Of a stretch of DNA of 24,000 bases, positions 1 through 6,925 are shown piece by piece. Below the pieces are notes generated by a model. That model was given only the letters and a program-made list of their open reading frames with translations. It searched no databases and was not told the DNA's origin. The stretch lies in assembly GCA_963976875.1 (NCBI GenBank), contig CAXBML010000003.1:165726-189725 (forward strand), read 5' to 3'. This stretch comes from an uncultured Coxiellaceae bacterium. Lineage in GTDB: Bacteria > Pseudomonadota > Gammaproteobacteria > Berkiellales > Berkiellaceae. A program made the translations under genes and the position numbers. Within the stretch, counting starts at the first letter, position 1; each line of letters starts with the position of its first letter.

Positions 1-1377
1 GAACAATTCTTTACAAGGTACCCTAATCAAACAAAATTTGGTAGAAAAGACCCTAGGAATGGTATAGAGCATTCGTTTATCAATGTTAATGGTACGATTT
101 ATGCGAAAAAGACTGGAGAGGCGGTTGGTGAGGGTAACTTCGGAAAAGTTAAAATTGTTCAAAATCGAGCCGGTGAAAACTTTGCAGTGAAAGTTGAAGG
201 TCGTAGTGTCCGCGGGCAAAATGATCCCGAAACTAAAATATTAACTATTTTGGGAGAGTTACAAGGCGAAGCGGACAGAGCGTATGGGAAAAATTTTAAA
301 GGTCGATACGCTAGTAACAAACTGTATACGGTGATGAAGTTGCAGGAAGGACATGAACTGCATGATGAGCTTTACTTTGATAAAGATATGAATCAGCGTA
401 AAAATACGCTTTCGCCTCAACAACGTTTAATGGCTGCCATTAAGTCTGCTGAAGCTATTGACCATTTACATCAACATAGAATTATTCATGCGGACATTAA
501 GCCGCAAAATTTCATGGCAAATGTCAAAGGTGACATGATTACCGTTGGTGCTATAGATTTTGGTTTCTCTATGATTTTGGAAGAAGGGCGTTCAGAAGTG
601 AATGACAAAGCTAAAGGATCCCCAATATATATTGCACCTGAAATAGCAAGGTTTGATGATAATTGGAATTGTACATATGCGGGCGATCCAGCAAAATATT
701 CATTTGCATCAGATGTTTATGCGCTTGGCATGATGTTTAAAGAAGACTTCCAGTTAGATTTAGGGAATGAATTTTATGAAAAGCTTTTAAATGAAAGTCC
801 ATCTGAAAGACCCGATATGTCACAATTGTTAAGTAAACTTTGCGCTAAGCTTGAAGAGCAGCCAAATTTAAGTGCTCAAGCTAAAGAAACGATCTATGAA
901 CACAAAAAACCTGCTTTAGACATCATTTTATCAAAAGGTTTACAGGAATTAAATGATCAATATGAGGGGAAAAGTAAGTCTAGAGCAAATTCTAATGTTG
1001 GAAAATGGGCTTCAAATATGCATAAAAAAGCGGGAAAATCTTTATTTGGTAAAGGCAAAAAACGAGAAGACCAACTCGCAAAAATTAATGATGCAATACA
1101 AACTTTAAATAAAAGTGAGTTGAAGGATCTGAGTGATAAAGATAAGGCGGAATTTTTATATGCTGTTCTTACAGATATTGAGGAGCAGATAGGGGCAGAG
1201 CATAACACCCATCGTTCCGGTATGGCTGAGATGGTTGGTGATTATAAACAAGCGCTTGCAGCGCAATTTAAAGATAACCTTGATATTTCACCAGCTAATA
1301 TTTTGGAAAAACTACAGCTATTAGAAGCTCAGGTTGAAGGTGTGAAATCTGAACGCTCATCTGGCTTAACAAGATGA
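1..1377 (+). CDS. Eukaryotic-like (Hanks-type) Ser/Thr protein kinase, 5' end cut by window edge; probable secreted effector
   Basis: Frame 1 is open from nt 1, with no stop before the GTG at 187 used by the ORF track. The upstream part encodes the glycine-rich loop GEGNFGKV (nt 127-150) and the VAIK-type lysine (FAVKV). Downstream motifs are the catalytic loop HRIIHADIKPQNF, DFG (AIDFGFS), APE (YIAPEIA) and subdomain IX SDVYALG. The last ~150 aa form a charged, helical non-kinase tail. Confidence 0.85.
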   Translation, partial: EQFFTRYPNQTKFGRKDPRNGIEHSFINVNGTIYAKKTGEAVGEGNFGKVKIVQNRAGENFAVKVEGRSVRGQNDPETKILTILGELQGEADRAYGKNFKGRYASNKLYTVMKLQEGHELHDELYFDKDMNQRKNTLSPQQRLMAAIKSAEAIDHLHQHRIIHADIKPQNFMANVKGDMITVGAIDFGFSMILEEGRSEVNDKAKGSPIYIAPEIARFDDNWNCTYAGDPAKYSFASDVYALGMMFKEDFQLDLGNEFYEKLLNESPSERPDMSQLLSKLCAKLEEQPNLSAQAKETIYEHKKPALDIILSKGLQELNDQYEGKSKSRANSNVGKWASNMHKKAGKSLFGKGKKREDQLAKINDAIQTLNKSELKDLSDKDKAEFLYAVLTDIEEQIGAEHNTHRSGMAEMVGDYKQALAAQFKDNLDISPANILEKLQLLEAQVEGVKSERSSGLTR

Positions 1378-1424
1378 CCTACATATAAAATCTACTAAAA
1401 TGGTGGTAGTTTTCACATATGCGT

Positions 1425-1787
1425 TTATGGGGTACGTGGCTTATGCTCTAGTAGTAATATGCCTAAAAATAATATTTTTATGTATGGCAGAAAAAGTCCA
1501 ATGATATACAGAGGGTGACATTCTATATACGCCAATCTTTTATGCGTGATATTTAATAGAACCAAAATTGCATGCAGGTTGGTAATAACGGTTAAAGAAT
1601 TAAAACTAATAGCCGGCAGGGTTGTTTGAAAAGAATATGGGTCTGTATTGCTTGCAATTAAAAATTGTACCAACAATAAGGCAAGAGAAATTAAGCTCAG
1701 CACCATGAGCGAAATGAGAAAAGATACTCTGTCTAATGCACCTTCTTTAGAATACAATAACTGTGAAATATAGCGTGCTCGAGACAT
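1425..1787 (-). CDS. Small integral membrane protein (possibly DUF805/YhaH-like)
   Basis: 120-aa ORF with hydrophobic stretches LISLMVLSLISLALLLVQFLIA, LTVITNLHAILVLL and LYIIGLFLPYIKILFLGILLL. The HKRL...IIGLFLPYIKILFLGILLL ending loosely resembles the RRLHD...liP.iG tail of DUF805 proteins. No strong RBS was seen. Confidence 0.4.
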   Translation of the reverse strand: MSRARYISQLLYSKEGALDRVSFLISLMVLSLISLALLLVQFLIASNTDPYSFQTTLPAISFNSLTVITNLHAILVLLNITHKRLAYIECHPLYIIGLFLPYIKILFLGILLLEHKPRTP

Positions 1788-1814
1788 TCTTTTACCTTAT
1801 AAACTGTATCGTGA

Positions 1815-1893
1815 ATATTGGATAAAATTATACTACACGATAAAAAAAATGTGTCTCCGGCCATGCTATAAAACCACACATTTTATCCAATAT
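1815..1893. promoter_or_regulatory. Nest of overlapping inverted repeats in a divergent intergenic region (possible operator or alternative RNA structures)
   Basis: ATATTGGATAAAAT (1815-1828) is the perfect reverse complement of ATTTTATCCAATAT (1880-1893). AAAATGTGT (1846-1854) is the perfect reverse complement of ACACATTTT (1876-1884), which overlaps the right arm of the outer pair. The region lies between the divergent genes starting at 1787 (-) and 2011 (+). Confidence 0.4.
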
Positions 1894-2010
1894 GTGGGTC
1901 ATATATCCTAATACGTGTAGCCTCACATACATACAATGAAACTTTTTGCTTTTTATTCTGTCCAACTACTAAATAATTATTTAAGTAATGATAGCGAATA
2001 GGAATAACTC

Positions 2011-3273
2011 ATGATTATGCAATCTCTGGCAACATCTAATGGAAACAACTGTTTATTTCATTGTTTTACGCATGTACTGTTTAACTTGCCAGAAGGGCAA
2101 TATAATCAGGTAAAACAAACGCAAGGCTACAATAAATTACTGGAAAATTTTAAAGGTTATTATGGGTTGGCTACAGTGCCTACTGAAGAAGAGATTAGGG
2201 AGCTCAACAATACTTTTTCAGATCCTTTGGAACGAGAGGCTGTTTGGGGGCCTGTACTTAGACAAATGTTGCGAAATGAATTTTCAGATGTTGGCATTAC
2301 AGAAGTTAGTTTAATTGCAGATGAGGATTTTGCAAAGCTTTTAGAACTATTTGAATTTAACATAACGGTTGAGCATCCATATGATGAGTTGGCGCCACCC
2401 ATAAAACATGAGGCTGTAGAGACACCTATTTTTACGCTTGAGGTTAGTCATATTCGTGAAGGGGGAGGTCATTATAATTTTGCTTACCCGAATGATGATG
2501 ACAATACTAAAGCTGGGGCACATAATGCCAAAGTTGTCATCAATCATGATACACACCAAGCAGATTTCAGTCATACCCAATTTGCAGAGTTTAACGACAT
2601 TGTAGGAGCCGATGAACGTAGTACTTATGTCAAAGATATTGTGCGAGAAAAATTATTGCCTCCCTCTCCTCTAGGGTTTGTACCGCTTGTAAGGGAGGAG
2701 GATGAATTGTCTGCTGAAGTAGATGACGTTATTGAACTTAAAGCTCGTCACAGCCAAGAGAACGACAAAGACATACCTGAAATTGAGATGGAAAATGGAT
2801 TCCCTAAAGCATTTATGGATATGTTACCTGACCTATTCCCTAAAGACGCTTGGGACCTGAACATAGAAGACGGAAGTATTGAGATAGATGATAAATTTGA
2901 TGACGATAGATACATCACAATAGAGAAAGAAGACTATGGTGTTAGCTTCTCTGGTCCAACCAGTAACTTTGACGATATTATACGTGCGGCAAAAGCCTAT
3001 GATACAGCTTTAGGGGACGATGCGGGGATAGAGTATGAGTTAGAGGCTGGGAATAAAGAGCAGGCGATTGAATTTTTACAAAAAATGAAAGCCGCAGGTA
3101 TGAATTTTGACTCTGTTACCAGTATGATCATAGATGGAGAAAGCTATGACGAAGCAGAAACCCAAACGTTCATTGCCGAAGCCCTTGGGCTTGATTTACT
3201 CGATGCGGCCCCTGAAGCATTAGGTGCAGATGAAGGCGCGGATAGGAGAAACCGTCGAGGCTTTAATAAGTAA
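2011..3273 (+). CDS. OTU-like cysteine protease (putative deubiquitinase-type effector) with an acidic C-terminal domain
   Basis: AGGA lies 7 nt upstream of the ATG. The N-terminal SNGNNCLFHCF resembles the OTU catalytic Cys motif DGNCLFRA. A WG motif (EAVWGPVLRQML) follows, and the His motif is IFTLEVSHIREGGGHYNFA (OTU ..HY[ND]..), about 140 aa after the Cys. The C-terminal ~200 aa are very Asp/Glu-rich. Confidence 0.6.
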   Translation: MIMQSLATSNGNNCLFHCFTHVLFNLPEGQYNQVKQTQGYNKLLENFKGYYGLATVPTEEEIRELNNTFSDPLEREAVWGPVLRQMLRNEFSDVGITEVSLIADEDFAKLLELFEFNITVEHPYDELAPPIKHEAVETPIFTLEVSHIREGGGHYNFAYPNDDDNTKAGAHNAKVVINHDTHQADFSHTQFAEFNDIVGADERSTYVKDIVREKLLPPSPLGFVPLVREEDELSAEVDDVIELKARHSQENDKDIPEIEMENGFPKAFMDMLPDLFPKDAWDLNIEDGSIEIDDKFDDDRYITIEKEDYGVSFSGPTSNFDDIIRAAKAYDTALGDDAGIEYELEAGNKEQAIEFLQKMKAAGMNFDSVTSMIIDGESYDEAETQTFIAEALGLDLLDAAPEALGADEGADRRNRRGFNK

Positions 3274-3293
3274 TTTAAGGTGAGGGTGAGTTG

Positions 3294-3884
3294 CTAAAAG
3301 CAACTCGCCATATCTTTAACTTCATTGGGGTCTGTATTTTCTTTTAAGACGTTCGCCCATACTTGCATCTGGTCACCACGGCCAGATTCTTCTGATATCT
3401 TTTTCATGCTAAACTGAGCTGCTAGATTTCCTGCTAAGGCTAGCCCACCAATTTTTCCTTGCAAACAGCGATCAAAAGCCTGTTTAGCTGTGGAAGGATT
3501 GCCTGATTCTAAAACAGAGTAATGTAACACCAGCACACAATCTGCTGCAATTTGATTGACCGCATAAATATCTGGTAGCTGACACTTGGGGTCGCTTACT
3601 TTATTATTTAAAGCGGCTTTATAGCTATTGACGATATTCGCCGCCATATTAGGATTTTTGATATTGTTGTTTGGCCCTTGCAGGCTTTGTATTACACAGC
3701 TAGCCTCAATTCCATCGTTTGGTACACCACAAGATTCTAGAGCTGACATAAGTTGGCTGCGTGTTTCGGCATCAGCTTGGTGGGTTTTGACACTGGATAA
3801 GGTCTCGTTATAAAAAGCAGCTTGACATAAAGTTGAAAAACAAAGTAGTAAAGCAGCTGAAGTTAGGTTTTTAGTTATAGTCAT
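3294..3884 (-). CDS. Secreted/periplasmic hypothetical protein (Sec signal peptide, several Cys)
   Basis: 196-aa ORF. The N-terminus MTITKNLTSAALLLCFSTLCQA|AFYNE has the n-h-c organisation with a CQA cleavage-type site. The mature part contains 6 Cys. No family was recognised. Confidence 0.6.
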   Translation of the reverse strand: MTITKNLTSAALLLCFSTLCQAAFYNETLSSVKTHQADAETRSQLMSALESCGVPNDGIEASCVIQSLQGPNNNIKNPNMAANIVNSYKAALNNKVSDPKCQLPDIYAVNQIAADCVLVLHYSVLESGNPSTAKQAFDRCLQGKIGGLALAGNLAAQFSMKKISEESGRGDQMQVWANVLKENTDPNEVKDMASCF

Positions 3885-4053
3885 AATAAGCTTATTGCCT
3901 TAAGTTTTATTTTTAATTTATTCAAAGTTCATTAAATTATAATATAAATTATCATTACAGGCGTGAATATGACAGGTTATTTATTGATGAGTTAATCAAC
4001 TTTGAATAGAATGAAATGGATTTTTTACTTTGACAAAACTTAGGGTTGTGTAA

Positions 4054-4716
4054 ATGAACAGGTGTAAATTTTTTACTTGTATTTTAATTATTTTTTTCTC
4101 TCAAAGCATTTTTGCCTTGGCGGAACGTCATATAATCGTAATACGTTGTGCAGAAGCCAAGCATAATGTTGAAGGCACTTTTAATGCTGATCCTAGACAA
4201 ATCAATTACAGAGTATCCAACTTAACAACACGGGGTAAGCAGCAGGCCAGCGCTGCTGCTGAGCGCTTAGCGATGCATGGGTTTGACAATAGAAATATTA
4301 CTGCCGTTTATGTTTCGACTTTGCCTAGAGCAATGCAAACCGCAAGAGTGATGTCTGATTATGGTATTTTTAGCGCAGATAAAATTTATTCCGACACTCG
4401 CCTAAATAATGCTTTGGTTGGTAGCTTAGAAAGTAAGCCTCAAGCTGATTTGAAACAAGATCCTTGGCATTTTAGCCAGGAGACAACGCAAAAGTATGAG
4501 CTGGAAAGTAACCGGCAAGTGAGAAATAGAATGTTAGCGTTGTATGATGATATTGAGAAAAAACACCCCAAAGGTCATGTATTAGTGATTGGGCATGGCA
4601 TGCCGGCCATGGAGCTTTTGCAGGAAATTGTTCAAGTAGAAGTCCGGCTTAAGCCCAGCGACGCCTATATTTTACCGCTTATTGCGCGCAGCAGTGTCGG
4701 ACGTAGCGTAAGCTAA
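4054..4716 (+). CDS. Exported histidine-phosphatase-superfamily (phosphoglycerate-mutase-like, branch 1) protein with RHG->RCA substitution
   Basis: AGGG lies 8 nt upstream of the ATG. The signal peptide is MNRCKFFTCILIIFFSQSIFALA|E. IIVIRCAEAKHNVEG aligns with the l.RHGEt.wN motif. STLPRAMQTA matches sS.l.Ra.qTA, and VLVIGHGMP matches the distal vvsHG motif. Confidence 0.7.
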   Translation: MNRCKFFTCILIIFFSQSIFALAERHIIVIRCAEAKHNVEGTFNADPRQINYRVSNLTTRGKQQASAAAERLAMHGFDNRNITAVYVSTLPRAMQTARVMSDYGIFSADKIYSDTRLNNALVGSLESKPQADLKQDPWHFSQETTQKYELESNRQVRNRMLALYDDIEKKHPKGHVLVIGHGMPAMELLQEIVQVEVRLKPSDAYILPLIARSSVGRSVS

Positions 4717-4739
4717 AGTATAAAAACTGTTTCAGGGGT

Positions 4740-4821
4740 GTTTATCGGCACAAGTTAGTTTTATAGATATTTTAATGTAGATATTTGGCGCACTTGCTCC
4801 GATAAACGGCCTCTATTTTTT
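4740..4821 (+). terminator. Long imperfect hairpin followed by a T6 run; possible terminator or structured RNA after the phosphatase-fold gene
   Basis: GTTTATCGG (4740-4748) pairs with CCGATAAAC (4799-4807). After a 2-nt mismatch, a further 5 bp form (4751-4755 with 4792-4796). The loop is 36 nt, and TTTTTT sits at 4816-4821, 8 nt after the stem. Confidence 0.35.
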
Positions 4822-4888
4822 GTAGTATTTAGTATAAAGTTCACCTTCAAAATTAGTATACCAATACGTGCAAAAAACAGGAATGACT

Positions 4889-6046
4889 ATGCCTTCGAAC
4901 CCATCAACCATAGTGCAAGCAAGAAAGTATAAAGACGCATCAATAAAAAGTTACACAGATTACTTTGTTTCGTTTTGTGTTATGACTGAGGGTGCCAACC
5001 CAATGGGGCACAGTTGTATGCTCATTTCTCAGCTGGATCATCGGCAAGGTAAAACAGCCAGAGTAGAAGTGATCAGTGCGTTAGGTTTATACAGTCGGTA
5101 TATGCCAATTTTAGGCTTTAAACCTTATGGCGTGGCAAAAATTAAGCTTGAAGATATGGCTTACATTGCTAACGCAAAAGGGTTGGTTCATGCAACGTAT
5201 CAAATAAGCAAAAAAGATGTCGAGGTGCTACTGGATACTTTTTATCAAGATAAACTCAAAATTGAACAACACGAGGATTCAACTGATTTTAAATCGCCAT
5301 CAGTACCGATGTTTAATGTTTTTAAAAAAAAGAATTGTAAAAAATATGTTTTAGAGTGCTTGAATCGTATCGGCATTAATACAAGGCATTTAAGTAGTTT
5401 TATGGAGATTCCAATTCTAAACTCTTTAGAATCTATGGTTATTTTAGAAGAAGGTAATGGCAGTGAAAAGGCTTATTATTGGGGATCGCCTATATCTTTT
5501 AAGGCAAAGAATGACAATGAAACTTGTCGATTAAATCATGATCTACAAGGAAAGTATGCCAGCCTGTATTATATATGCTCTAGAATAAAAAAATTGCAGG
5601 CTATTATTCAATTACGCCAAGTCGAATTAGCCAGCTTAGGGAAAACAGTTTCCGAAATAAATAAAATTGAAGCTGATCTACTAGCGCTCATGGGTGAGAT
5701 TGAAAATCTTGCGGAATATCCTAAACTCATAACAAAGGAAAAGATCTTTACATTAAGTAGAAAGTTAACATACTGCATTGATGGTCATATTAAGAACTTA
5801 AGTATTAAACAGTTAGAGCCAAACCTGATTTGTGTTTTAACCGATGTTTTGCAAGAATTACTGTTATATATGAAACAATTGTTTTGCCCGGCAGATAAGC
5901 GCAGTCAAGCAAAGCTTAATACCATGGATAGAGAAGTATTTGATAAAATTCAAACGACAGATGCTCAAATGAGGGAGCAAGATAAGGAAAGGAACTATGC
6001 ACCTGACTTGCTACCAAACGACTCATATAGGCGCGCGACAGTCTAA
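4889..6046 (+). CDS. Hypothetical protein; N-terminal domain possibly a permuted-papain-fold (PPPDE/DeSI-like) cysteine peptidase, C-terminal half helical or coiled-coil
   Basis: The ORF is open from the GTG at 4868. ATG 4889 has AGGA 6 nt upstream and ATG 4883 is an alternative start. The His context is FCVMTEGANPMGHSCMLIS. About 109 aa later, the Cys context FKKKNCKKYVLECLNRIGI resembles the NCNhF...L.g..IP motif of PPPDE peptidases. The 3' end overlaps the next gene by 50 nt. Confidence 0.55.
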   Translation: MPSNPSTIVQARKYKDASIKSYTDYFVSFCVMTEGANPMGHSCMLISQLDHRQGKTARVEVISALGLYSRYMPILGFKPYGVAKIKLEDMAYIANAKGLVHATYQISKKDVEVLLDTFYQDKLKIEQHEDSTDFKSPSVPMFNVFKKKNCKKYVLECLNRIGINTRHLSSFMEIPILNSLESMVILEEGNGSEKAYYWGSPISFKAKNDNETCRLNHDLQGKYASLYYICSRIKKLQAIIQLRQVELASLGKTVSEINKIEADLLALMGEIENLAEYPKLITKEKIFTLSRKLTYCIDGHIKNLSIKQLEPNLICVLTDVLQELLLYMKQLFCPADKRSQAKLNTMDREVFDKIQTTDAQMREQDKERNYAPDLLPNDSYRRATV

Positions 6047-6743
6047 CCAAGATAGTTTTGGCTTTGATGCTCGAGATAATTGGGGCTGTTTTGTTGTGGC
6101 TGATGGATTAGGGGGGCACTATCGTGGAGAAATAGCCTCTCAGTTTGTCACCCAATCCCTCATTAAACTTGCCCCAAAGTTTGCGAGCGCCATAGAAACA
6201 GACCCCATGCTGGGCATGAAAGATTTTGTATCACAGGCTATTAGCAAAGCACAAAAAGATATTATTAAAAAATATCAAGAAGTGGATACTCAAACAACCA
6301 TTGCTATTGCTTGGCTAAACCAAGATCACTTCATTGCAGCACATGTTGGCGACTCTAGAATATATAAATTAAACAAACAAGCGGTCATTTGGCGCACGCC
6401 AGACCACACCCAAGTACAAGCTCTATTTGAACAGGGAAAAATTACTGAGGCAGTATTCTCTACCCACCCTTTGCAGAACCAACTACTCAGATCGATTTGC
6501 ACATATGAGCCCCCGGAAGTTGATATTGTCGTACAACCCCCACTTGCTAGCAATGAATCGCTAGTACTATGCACCGATGGTTTTTGGTCTGGTTGTGAGC
6601 CGGAAGATTTCATAAAACTTTCTAGAAATCATGGTTCTACAGAGAAAAAAGTGTCAGATTTAATCGATAGAATTCTTAAGCAGCAGGGCGAAGACTGTGA
6701 TAATATTACGGTTCAAGTTGTGAAAAGCCTGCCCACCCTTTAA
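5997..6743 (+). CDS. PP2C-family (PPM) Ser/Thr protein phosphatase
   Basis: AAGGAAAGGAA (5984-5994) lies just upstream of the ATG. Motifs seen are GARQSNQDSFGF, FVVADGLGGH, AAHVGDSRIY, LCTDGFW and DNITVQVV, all typical of bacterial PP2C/Stp phosphatases. Confidence 0.9.
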   Translation: MHLTCYQTTHIGARQSNQDSFGFDARDNWGCFVVADGLGGHYRGEIASQFVTQSLIKLAPKFASAIETDPMLGMKDFVSQAISKAQKDIIKKYQEVDTQTTIAIAWLNQDHFIAAHVGDSRIYKLNKQAVIWRTPDHTQVQALFEQGKITEAVFSTHPLQNQLLRSICTYEPPEVDIVVQPPLASNESLVLCTDGFWSGCEPEDFIKLSRNHGSTEKKVSDLIDRILKQQGEDCDNITVQVVKSLPTL

Positions 6744-6842
6744 TACTTCACTTTACTCTTCTAGTTTTAGTCGTTTGATTAGTTTGTTTTTATGTTAATA
6801 GGCTGAGCTTTTTGGTTAGTATTTGCTGCAAATACATAAAAA

Positions 6843-6871
6843 TTGACAGTATCTTAAGCAAGAGGTATATT
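6843..6871 (+). promoter_or_regulatory. Sigma70-type promoter candidate for the 6926 gene
   Basis: TTGACA (6843-6848), a 17-nt spacer, then TATATT (6866-6871). It lies ~55 nt upstream of ATG 6926, which has AGGGGGA (6911-6917) as its RBS. Confidence 0.5.
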
Positions 6872-6925
6872 CATTCTGGTTAGAACACTGGCTACTTTAT
6901 ATTTTTACTTAGGGGGACACACTGA

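Noticed and set aside
4030-4053. TTGACA hexamer at 4030-4035 as the promoter of the 4054 gene
   Set aside because: It lies only ~20 nt before the ATG, with no acceptable -10 at 16-18 nt spacing. It would also leave no room for the AGGG RBS.
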